Shown here: positions 12,201 to 22,809 of the stretch, piece after piece
Layout: each line of letters begins with the position of its first letter
Position numbering within the stretch: the first letter of the stretch is position 1
Source of the DNA: Eutreptiella sp. 'Long Island Sound 2002'
Taxonomy: Eukaryota; Protista; Euglenida
Assembly (NCBI GenBank): GCA_964036045.1
Contig: OZ038379.1
Span: forward strand, 57,350,001-57,414,000
Direction: 5' to 3'
Length of the DNA stretch: 64,000 bases
The notes under the pieces: generated by a model
What the model was told of the DNA's origin: nothing
What the model saw: the letters and a program-made list of their open reading frames with translations, nothing else
Database searches by the model: none
Position numbers and translations under genes: made by a program

Positions 12201-14759
12201 TGAATTGTTAGTTTAACCCCTTGTAAAATCACTATTTTGTCCAATAAACGCATCCCCCAATGAGCTTTTGGTCCGGACCCCCCCAGACCCCCCCCCACTT
12301 GAAACCCACTTTTTTGAGGGTTTGAGGGAGGGGTGGGGGGGTGTCATTTTTTTGACCCCCCCCTTTTTTTGGGTTGAAAATCATGAATCTTTTGGTTTTT
12401 TTCGATTTTGAGCCGAAAAAGTGTTTCCGGGTCCCGACTCCATAGGGTTTGTATGGGGCGGAGTGGGACGAGCGCTTTTGCAGTTTATGCGCTTTTCAGC
12501 CATTTTTGGTATGTTGGCGGTTTTGGCGACCTCGGTGACCCCGTGGTACCCACTCTGAGGGGTGTGCGTGGGGATTTTGTGACAGTATATGCCTACTAGG
12601 ATACAGAAGGATGTTTTTTGCAGTCTCTAGCCGTGCCGAAGGCCGGTCAAATGCCCGTGCCACAGACGCGAAATGGCTATTTCCGCTAATAATGGGCTAG
12701 TGAATGGGTTGGTACACAACCAGCTTATGCAGTTTTTCACCTTGGACAGCTCAAAAATGGAAGTTTTCGAAACTTGTTTTTTTGATGTTGTGACCACCCA
12801 ATATGACCATCCAAGGTATGTAAAGAATGTTTTAGGCTGTATTTACGTGTTTTCCACCCTATTTGGGAAATAGGTCCGGGGGGCGGGGTCCTCCCGAGGG
12901 ATTGGTACAGAACATGCTCATGCAGTTTTTCACCCTGGAGAGCTCAAAAATCGAAGTTTTCAAAACTTGTTTTTATGATATTGTGACCACACAATATGAC
13001 CATCCAACATATGTAAAGCATGTTTTACGCCGTATTTACATGATTTTCACCCTATTTGGGTATTAGGTCCGGGGTGGGGGGGGTTCCAAGGGATTGGTAC
13101 ACAACCTGCTTATGCAGCTTTTCACCGTGGCCAGCTTAAAAATCGAAGTTTTTGAAACTTGTTTTTTTGATATCGTGATCACCTAAAATGACCATCCAAG
13201 ATACGTAAAGCATGTTTTAGCCCGTATTTATGTAGTTTATACCTTATTTTGGGTGTGAGTGTCTTGGGATAGATTCTCTGCGAGGTGGGCTTGCCGAAGG
13301 CAATAGAATTTCATACGAATCACCTCGCAGAGGTTGTTAGATCAAGCCAGGCAAGAGTATATAGGGGAAAACGCCACATACCCCCCACATTTTGGCTTTT
13401 TTGGGCCTATTCGCGTACCCTAGCCCAAGGGGTTGAATTGTTAGTTTAACCCCTTGTAAAATCACTATTTTGTCCAATAAACGCATCCCCCAATGAGCTT
13501 TTGGTCCGGACCCCCCCAGACCCCCCCCCACTTGAAACCCACTTTTTTGAGGGTTTGAGGGAGGGGTGGGGGGGTGTCATTTTTTTGACCCCCCCCTTTT
13601 TTTGGGTTGAAAATCATGAATCTTTTGGTTTTTTTCGATTTTGAGCCGAAAAAGTGTTTCCGGGTCCGGACTCCATAGGGTTTGTATGGGGCAGAGTGGG
13701 ACGAGCGCCTATGCAGTTTATGCACTTTTCAACCTTTTTTGGTATCACGGTTTTGGCGACCTCGGTGACCCCGTGGTACCCACTCTGAGGGATGTGAGTG
13801 GGGATTTGGTGACAGTATATGCCTGCTAGGATACAAAAGGACGTTTTTTGCAGTCTCTAGCCGTGCCGAGGGCCGGTCAAATGCCCGTGCCAAAGACGCG
13901 AAATGGCTATTTCGGCTAATAATGGGCTAGTGAATGGGTTGGTACACAACCAGCTTATGCAGTTTTTCACCCTGGACAGCTCAAAAATCGAAGTTTTCGA
14001 AACTTATTCCTATGATATTGTGATACCCTAAAATGACCATCCAAGGTATGTAAAGCGTGTTGTAGGCCGTATTTACGTTTTTATCAACCTTTTTGGGTAT
14101 TAGGTCGGGGGGGGGGGGGGGGGGGGGCTCCCAAGGGATTGGTACACAACCTGCTAATGCAGTTTTTCACCCTAGGCAGCTCAAAAATCGAAGTTTTTGA
14201 AACTGATTTTTTTCGATATTGTGACCACACAATATGACCATCCAAGGTATGTCAAGCATGCTTTAGGCCGTATTTACATGATTTTCACCCTATTTGGGTA
14301 TTAGGTCTGGGGGGGGGGGGGGGGGGGGGCTCCCAAGGGATTGGTACACAACCTGCTCATGCGATTTTTCACCCTATGCAGCTCAAAAATCGAAGTTTTT
14401 GAAACTGATTTTTTTGACATTGCGACCACACAATATGACCATCCAAGGTATGTAAAGCCTGTTTTAGGCCGTATTTACATGATTTTCACCCTATTTGGGC
14501 ATTAGGTCCGGGGGGTGGGGGGGTTCCAAGGGATTGGGACATAACCTGCTCATGCAGTTTTTCACCGTGGGCAGCTCAAAAATCGAAGTTTTTGAAACTT
14601 GTTTTTATGATATTGTAACCACACAATATGACCATCCAAGATATGTAAAGCATGTTTTAGCCCGTATTTATGTAGTTTATACCCTATTTATACCCTATTT
14701 TGGGTGTGTGTTGCTTGGGTTAGATTCTCTGCGAGGTGGACTTGCCGAAGGCAATAGAA
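3224..14759 (+). repeat. Tandem array of Helentron/DINE-1-like family B elements with ~190-bp central repeats
   Basis: Units start TCACCTCGCAGAGG at 3224, 7042, 8950, 10854, 12087 and 13320 (periods 1908, 1904, 1233, 1233). They end CTCTGCGAGGTG..TTGCCGAAGGCAATAG. The internal ~190-bp repeat GGGATTGGTACACAACC...TATTAGGTC(G)n varies in copy number. Segment ~3305-5090 is inverted. Confidence 0.9.
3451..4143 (+). mobile_element. 5'-truncated non-LTR retroposon insertion with (CCAAA)n tail
   Basis: GC-rich 693-bp insert ending CCTTGACCCAAACCAAACCAAA, flanked by direct repeat CCCCCCCCCGGA (3439-3450, 4144-4155), inside a 190-bp repeat. Confidence 0.7.
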
Positions 14760-14829
14760 TCACCTACGAATTCACCCGAATTCCACTCTCAGCCACCCAC
14801 ACCTTTGCCCTAACACCCAGACTATGTGC

Positions 14830-15700
14830 CCCGGGCACCCCTTGAGCCCCCCAGCCACAAGCGACAATGGTCCTGTTCATGTTCTATTCTCACATCCTTT
14901 CTCCCGGCATTGGAACCGCCGCTCCGGTCCGAAGGTGCTGCATGCCGGTTAGAAAACGTCTTCTTGTACGGCTTGGGTTACCTTTCTTCATTAATGGGCC
15001 CTTGCCCATGCTCTGCTCTTTGGTCGCATCCCACCCATTCGTTGCCAGGCTATCATCAATGGTGTGGTTGTCCACCACCACTTGCACCCCTACTCTCCCC
15101 CAGAGGAGGCTCAGGACCCCGCTGTTGCGCAACATGCACTTCAGCCTTCGGTGACCCCCCTCCATGGCAAAGTAGGACTTTGACAAGATTCTCCAATTCT
15201 TTGCAAAAAAAATACATGTGGTCGATCCAAAGATGCATCCCCAGAAGTTTGCCACACTGGAGCTATTGTGGGCATTGCTCATGGCTATGTATGTCGCGGG
15301 CCCAGCAACTCGTCGGTGGCCGTGAAGTCTGGTGACTGTGGTGTGGGTATTTCTTCTAATCGCTTCACCCATGCATCCCGTGCCCATGCACTGTATGGAT
15401 GTGTGTCATCGATACGACAGCATGTCACTATGTGGATCGCCTCAACCGAAGCGTAGGCTGTCAAGGCTGTCAACAAAGTCCGCCACCAACGGTACCCCAC
15501 GCATCTTTCGCTCCCATCCTCCTTTGCAATGTTTTGCTAGATGATATTCCATGGGGTGTTTGGAGGGCCCAGTGTTCTAAGCCCTCGAAGCTCATGTAGC
15601 TCAGGTTAGGAGGTTTGCTATAAAGCCAACAAATCAGGGAAATCCTTGTACATCATGGAATAGGCAGCCACGTCATCTGGCAGTGCATTCATTTTCTATT
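14830..15700 (-). pseudogene. AP-endonuclease (LINE) remnant
   Basis: Frameshifted motifs occur in APE order: PLVADF (GDFN-like), DAW...PDFT, WIDHMY (RID-like), GHRRL (SDH-like). Confidence 0.5.
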
Positions 15701-16084
15701 TTCTTTGTTCTTTTTTTACTTTTGTTCGCTAGAGCTTTCCATCTTGGCAGATGAGATCGGTGCCGTCCTAACTCCTATTGTTGTCTACGCCCACAAACGC
15801 CGCCTCATATCTGGCATTCTCCGGGGTTAGTCAAAGTGGAGAAGAATAAACACGCATGAACAGGCGGACAACCGGCAGTGTGATAAATCATGAACAATCG
15901 GCACCCGAGTCAAGGCGAGTACGCCTGTGTTGCACTACTATATTCTGCTCATCCAATAGAACTGTGGATGATGCCCATCTGTCAACAACAACAAAGTGAG
16001 GTGACTCGTCGAATAGCAGCTGATACGGTGCCAGACAAGAAGATGCACCAAATGTACCGCGCAAGTTGGTGCCCCACCACGTTG

Positions 16085-16215
16085 CTCTACCCTTGCTCCT
16101 GCGACCTCTACCCTTGCTCTTGTGACCTCTACCCTTGCTCTTGTGACCTTTACCCTTGCTTTTGGGTCTCTGTCGTTCCTCTACCCTTGCTCTTGTGACC
16201 TCTATCCTTGCTTTT
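16085..16215 (+). repeat. 21-bp minisatellite
   Basis: CTCTACCCTTGCTCTTGTGAC and variants, about 5-6 copies. Confidence 0.9.
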
Positions 16216-16609
16216 GGGTTGTGTTTGTGGTGTTGTGGCCCACCACCCTAACCTAGAAAGAAGGGAGATACGTAGTTCTATGATAGTCACGCCGAAGAAG
16301 TGTAGGCATAGTAATACGGTCCTTGTTGACCGTGACTACCACGACTGTATCACCAATGCGAGCACATGCACCTCACTTCTAGAACGTGAATGCCCACAGA
16401 CATACTCCAATCGGACGATTTTTTCACGCAGACTCTGCCCATGTTTGTATGATGAGGGTGTCTACCAGCATCATGCTCATCAACTGGCACAGACAGTTGG
16501 GAGGTCACAGAAGGACAATTCAGCTGACCAGCCGTTAGGACAGACAGACAGCGGCACCGTCCTCTCATCGTCACGATCATGCACATGTTTGTCACGTGCT
16601 ACCTGTTTC

Positions 16610-17105
16610 CCGTTTCCCGGGTTTTTTTCCCGCCGGGAGTGACAGCGTTTCCCGGGGTTTTGTAAAATTTCCCGCCGGGAGTGACTTTGGCAGTGACACC
16701 GTTTCCCGGGTGTTTTTACATTTCCCGCCGGGAGTGACAGCGTTTCCCGGGTTTTTGTAAAATTTCCCGCCGGGAGTGGCTCTGGCAGTGACAGTGTTTC
16801 CCGGGTGTTTTATAAAGTTTCCCACCGGGAGGGACAGCGACAGCGACAACGTTTCCCTGGTTTTTTGTAAAATTTCCCGCCGGGAGTGACTGTGGCAGTG
16901 ATAGCGTTTCCCGAAGTTTTTTCAACTTTTCCTGCCGGGAGTGACTGTGGTTCTGACAATGTTTACCGGGTTTTTCCGCCGAGAGTGACGGTGACAGTGA
17001 CAACGTTTCCCGGGTTTTTGGTAAAATTTCCCGCCAAGAATTTCCCTGGTTTTTTTTTACAATTTCCCGCCGGGAATGACTGTGACAATGACAGCAATTC
17101 CCGGG
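16610..17105 (+). repeat. ~50-bp minisatellite rich in TTTCCCGCC
   Basis: About 10 units of TTTCCCGCCGGGAGTGAC...GTTTCCCGGG(T)n. Seven carry an exact TTTCCCGCC. Confidence 0.9.
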
Positions 17106-17249
17106 TTGATGGGTTGGTTGGTGGGTTTCGCCTTCACCCTAACGCTAAAACGTGAGGAGGCCGACGTCGATGGCGTACTATTCGTTGCATTCTATGGTTT
17201 TGCCGTGTCCATACAAGTACAAGTCCATACAAATACATACAAGCAAAAA

Positions 17250-18270
17250 AAATAAGCGACAGCGAGGACTACAACACTAGACTCGATGGTATTGAGGCTA
17301 GGTTGAGCTGCATTGAACAGCATCTATTGTTAAAGAGAAAGCGATCTGATGCCTCCTCACATGGGTTAACGGACATTGGGGATGATGCATTGCGAAATGC
17401 TACCACCTTCATGCACCTTGCTAATCGACACAATTTTCGTGTATCATCCACACTTGTACAAGGGGCCGTGGCTGTTGTGGAAACCTGTCTTTCGAGACTG
17501 TGTTTGTCTAAACAGTACCATAAGAGTTTGTTTGCGTAGTCTGTAAAGGGTAGTCTTCGGAAAGTGTGGCTAGAGTTGGTGCTTATGCGATTTAAGTTCG
17601 TCTTTGATGATTGTTATGTATATCTTCACAGTCAACGCGACCACCGTTTGTCAAGAAAAACCCTTGCCGATGGAAACCTGATGGTCAATCGCCTCAATTT
17701 CCATAAACGTAGCCGGACTGGTATTGACGAAAATGGTCCAGACCCCAATAACCCCGACTACCCCGATAATGATTTTGATCCACTCGTATTTCGGTTCGAT
17801 TTCGATGACTCACCCGTCGCGGATCCGGGAGAATTCTAGCAGTCCATTGAAACCAGATTGTTACCGAAAATCGCTGAAATAAACGATATGGCCCAACGAT
17901 ATGGTCTACACTACAAATTCAATTTCACCAGGGAGGTATCGGAGTTCATATCAGACGAAGGGTTCTCGGTGTGCCTGGATTTTGTGTATGACCAGTCCAG
18001 AAGGGGGGAAATTTTACATTAAGCGAATATCGCTATATATGAGGGGCTTTTTGGCACTGCCGCTTATCCATGTTTTCCATATGGGTGTTCCGTGTTCATG
18101 GCCGGACATAGTGTTTGGGGTGACCTGCTACCACATCAAACATCCGACTGGTGACAGGGTACTGTGCTTTCCCAGTACACTACCGGTGGGACAGGTACTT
18201 GGCACCCCCCTTTATTTCCCCACCCGGCGTGTTTCCCCCCGTGACTTTCGCAAACAACGGCGATGATGTC
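17250..18270 (+). pseudogene. Decayed ORF of unknown function, weak F-box-like N-terminus
   Basis: Near-continuous frame with stops. LTDIGDDALRNATTFMHLANRHNFRVSS loosely fits the F-box pattern. Confidence 0.3.
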
Positions 18271-18424
18271 ACGCTTGACCACTTGGACAACACATGATGA
18301 CCCTCGACTGTCAACACATGGATGGTATACCAGCGATGTGTAAATGCGAAAGACACTTTGCCCTGGCCGGAAGGCCCCATATGTGGACACGTTACACGGC
18401 CCCCAATCCCTTGGCTGACTCCAC

Positions 18425-20707
18425 TCAGACACTCCATTTGGTCAACAAATTTGTACACTCCGCAGACACATCAACAAGCGTCATGATGCCGTCGTATGTG
18501 CAGAACTTGTGAACATGTCCTTTCCTTCCGTTTTAGGTAAGATGGGCATATCCTCCGAATACGAATGCCTCACCATTACCCGCAGTCAACGGACCGGTTA
18601 TTGCCTTGGCTTGTCTGGTTCCGTTTATCTAATGGCTCAATACACCGGCAGTTGCATCAATTTGCCATGCAACTACCACACCGTCACCGAGACTATACGT
18701 GGTGGCACCTTAGAGATTTGTCTGCAAGGCGCTGTCATCCCAGACGTCCATACGGCAAATATTGTTTTGCAATCCCTGTGTAATACCCCCAGGAGTGTTT
18801 TCCGCAGACGTAGCTCTATTGCTGACCAAGATCTGTCTAGACGTGTTAATGGATGTGAATACCACAAAGAAGGTCACATCAATTAAATTAGTAGGTAAGG
18901 TTCCCCCTGTCGTCATGTGATTGTTTGTGAGGTATCTAGTCGAGGGAAGACCAGTCTCAGGGCCAGCTTCATACAAGGGAATCACAGAACCATCCAGTAC
19001 TGCATCCGATCCGTTTGTAGCAAGGTTAGGGATTCGCCGTACCTCACCAGATGGGTTACCTCCGTGCAATAGCGATGTGCTTGTGCCCATCAGATCGTGG
19101 TACAACATCGAGGCTGATGCGTCTAGATGCACACTTGAAGATGGTCGAATGTGCCACTTTGGTGCCACGGATGTCATTTCCTGTTTGAGTGCTACAATGG
19201 TCCATACAAGTTCATCATTGTAAACACGGATTTCATGATATCGTTTTTGTTCCTAGCCATCACGATAGCTCAAATCATCGAGATAGGCAGCCACCTCATC
19301 CCACTTTGCGGGTATTCCATGCATTGCGCTATTTTGATTTAATGTTTTGTGTCCACTACAGGGGTCATACACATGCACGTCCACAACGGTTGTGAATGGA
19401 ACACACCATGCAAAGTTTGGGCTGTAATTCAACAGACCCCACTAGTCCACCACACTATTGTCGTACCACAGTCAGAATCCCCGTGCTGGGTATGGTGTGG
19501 TCAGGTGCGAGGAGGGGCCCGTGTCTCCATCATTGCCGAAGGTATGTGTCCGAGCCTAGTCGCCACCGGACCCACCAACGTGTGACACACAAAACATCAC
19601 TATCATCTTGCGAACATCCTGTTATGGGTGTTGTGATGCAGTGCGCATACTGGCTGTTCCACGTTTCATCGTACCGTATGGGACACCATCATTGTAGTAC
19701 CATTTCACTGCAACTTTGCTGTTTAGCGTGCCTGTACCCACGTCACACGACACCCATGTAATCGGATCCCCGCTGTTTTTCGATACCCATTTCACCACGT
19801 CTGTTACGTCTGATGTGGATACTGCAACATCACATGCTCTCAACACGGTAGTGCCGTCACCGCCATCCCATACATAATCAGCTCAACTGCTCCCTCCATC
19901 AGCGGCAACACCATCCTCACCACCATATGCAGCACTACCATAACTGCCGCTCACAGTTTCGGAATCCGGCAGCGTGGGCGTTGGTGGGACAATTTGATAG
20001 ACAGGTTTGATTGCCTCAATGATGTTTTCAAATTCAGTTTGCAACATCTCTTCCCCGTGAAGGGAAATGCATGCCATACAACCATGCATTGCCGTATGTC
20101 TACCCCCAATCCAAACCGTGGTTTGGAACCCACTGTTCGACAAGGTATCAGTGTAGACGGGAACGTTTGGATCGTTGATGTACAGAGATGTATTACCACC
20201 GGTGTTAGCACAACAGATTGCGTATAGGGCATACTTGTCCAACGGAAATTTGACTGGCTGTGTTCGGGTATCCGCAAAGCCTATCCATTCATTGATTGTC
20301 CCGTGTGCAGCAAACGTGTTGTCTATGTCAAATGTACCACCAAGAGGCGGCCCTACGGACAAACCACCCGTAACCTTGAGTACTGCAATGAACCTTATGC
20401 CTGATGTATGATTTTGCGGGACACTAGGTGATCTCCTAAGCGTTGTCAGTGGACCACTTGTATTGTTGAAGGTTAGTACAGGATGGCCATTGATGGCATT
20501 GGTAGTCAACACCGGCCTCTGCATCTCAAAATGGTCTTGGTGTGACATCTGCAATGCGCTTGCGGTCCAAACGTCCACCATATCACCATCTATTGCCTGC
20601 ACGGTACCATCGGGGTCTGCATACACCGTGTTTGTGGTCCTAGTGAGGAACCCAGTAAACGAGGAACCCTGGTGAGCCAATTTATAGCGGCGATGGGTGG
20701 GGCACAT
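18425..20707 (-). pseudogene. Virus-type protein with two LamG/concanavalin-like domains
   Basis: ORFs 20707-19883, 19846-19622 and 19177-18710 share one frame, separated by stops. Motifs DGDMVDVW...RPVLTTNAINGHPVLTF and HLDAS...TFFVVF...GHVHKFCTYD...NLLTKW resemble phage/giant-virus LamG-like domains. Confidence 0.55.
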
Positions 20708-20799
20708 ACTACAAGGTTACGCGACTGGCTTACCAGTGCTTGACCCGGTCCGCACACGTTATGTCCATAGGAAAATTGTGACATTATTTATTCTTCATA

Positions 20800-21658
20800 T
20801 CACATCACACACGTCATTATTATTATTATTATATTCAGGACAGTGGTGGGACACGGACCTTCACAAGAATTTTTTTGAGCTGCATTTGAGGCGTTGGGAG
20901 CCGAGGACGATGTGCAACGCCACAGCTGCTGAACTTGATTTTTTCAATAGCCTCGCCAATGTAAGAATCCCACCATGTGGAGGAAACGCACAGCCACGGT
21001 CCCGAACAACCTTTTTTGCAAAATGTCGCGGATTACCTTAACACAACCGATCGTGCGTGTGCAACACAAATGTCCACATGGATACACCAATGGACACCGA
21101 TGGACCAATGTTGTGTTTGGGAATGCGTGCACACGACGAGCCGAGATGCGATGGAAGTGTGTCGCATTTTGGTCACAGGTTCAGCAAGTTTGGTGTGCAC
21201 ACGAGATTCAATTTCGGCATCACCCACCAATTCGTTCGCTTAACTTTAGCATCGAGCATGGGCCATTAGATTTGATCACCAAGATTGAAATGGCGGTGGC
21301 GATTGAGACCTGTTGGCTTTCTAGTCCACAACAGTCAAGATTTGTCCTGGGTCTGCCACACGATGTTGTTGCTGAAGTCAATGACAATGAACATTGTGTC
21401 ATTATATTCACATTTAGGGATATGCTTAGTAGGGCCGACGTAGCTCTGGATGGAGAGGACCACCTGCCATTGCGGATACACTTGGTGGCACACCTGCATT
21501 ATCAAGACACCCATCACAAACTGCGGCAATGGATGCATGGACGGGTGATATTTTCTTTTGGTGGTGCAAGCAGTACCCTACTTCTATATGTATCTCACGT
21601 GCCCAAAAGTATCGAAAGCGTGCCATCGACATCATTCTATCAAGTGCACACCCACTAA
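20800..21658 (+). pseudogene. Possible jelly-roll capsid-like gene remnant
   Basis: GNAQ..TFFAKCR, LNFSIEHGPLDLITKIEMAV and LPL..AHLHYQD appear in the same order as NCLDV capsid motifs (GNPQITFFK, RNGDLI, LPLIALQYHE), but across frames and weakly. Confidence 0.25.
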
Positions 21659-21856
21659 GACGCAATCTGCGTAGAGATTGGGTAGCTGGCAAGCCATGAC
21701 ACACAAATCCACACGTGACAAACAACGTATCTTTACGCCACGGATATGTTTCATGTAGTGTGTAAAGAGATTTTGTGACAGACCAACAGACGACCAACGC
21801 GTACTTGCGTACTCTACTACAATCACGACAACACAACACACGACACAACAAAGTGT

Positions 21857-22805
21857 TTGATGAACTCCAATGGCTCCAATGATGTATGCGACTGTGAGCA
21901 CTGCCTGTTACCTCCCAAAGAGGCATGTACCCAATACTGCCGGTGGTTGCGTAATCCAGATAACCTTGTGGGTAACGTTTGCTGGCATTTGGCCGTAAGC
22001 ATCATGTCCCAACTACCTAATGCGACAAGAATCGTCGGTTGCGAGGCATGTTTGTTTGTGGATAGCAGTGTTATAGGGCAGGCAACAAGCTTTTAGCCCA
22101 CGGATGGATCAATGATCCACGTTGTTCAATGCGGCGATAGGTGGGGCGGATACTACAAGATTACGCGACTGCGTGACCAGTGCCGCTGACGGCGTGGACA
22201 TCACGTGCTGTCACAAATATCCGAATCTCTATATTCTGAGTACTATCTATCTATCATCAAAAACAAGGCCCAAAATAAAACGACCAAACCGATCAAAACG
22301 ATGATGTCAACTCTGTAGGGAACTTTTTACTTTTGATAGAAGTGGTCTGACTGATACTGCAAACGACATCGTGATGGGACATGTTCGGAGGTATGGTAGT
22401 CTGCCATCGGTTGCGCAGATTACCGCAAGTATGGTGAATTTTCTGGATGCTGGTTGGACAGACGAGACACAGTACACATTGTACAGCCATATCGCAAAGA
22501 CTGTCCGAGGCAAGTGGAATCATAATCCTGCCATATGCCAATCGGAATGTCGTGAGGATTTGATGTTTGTGACGAGATACAAGGAAGGCACATGCGGCGA
22601 CACCAAGACACTCCCACAGCAGACACGGCCAGCACTGCTGCCACCACGTGATGACCCTTGTACAACAAGCCAGATTCCATGCCGTCTGGTAACAGATGTG
22701 GCCCCACTCAATGATGGTAATGCATTTTTGCCTACAGGAATGTTTTGCAGATCCAAACTGCCAGCCGATTTTGTAGCACTCTCTGCCCCGAGATGTCTAT
22801 CGTGA
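21857..22805 (+). pseudogene. Cys-rich ORF remnants of unknown function
   Basis: ORFs 21857-22096 (CDCEHC..C..YC) and 22371-22805. No family recognised. Confidence 0.25.
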
Positions 22806-22809
22806 TGAA

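Noticed and set aside
5700-14700. Recurring 60-137 aa ORFs in the array
   Set aside because: They are translations of the 190-bp repeat and core sequence, open on both strands, with no protein motifs.
14760-14830. Resumption of the LINE cut at 2604 (PAE|FH)
   Set aside because: The frame closes within a few codons, no RT motifs follow, and the adjacent APE remnant is on the opposite strand.
16610-17105. CRISPR-like appearance of spaced repeats here and at 39670-40330
   Set aside because: The intervening sequences are themselves repeated rather than unique spacers, no cas genes are present, and the context is eukaryotic.
18040-18075. LALPLI capsid motif in ORF 17901
   Set aside because: It lies in a frame other than the likely coding frame and is probably coincidental.
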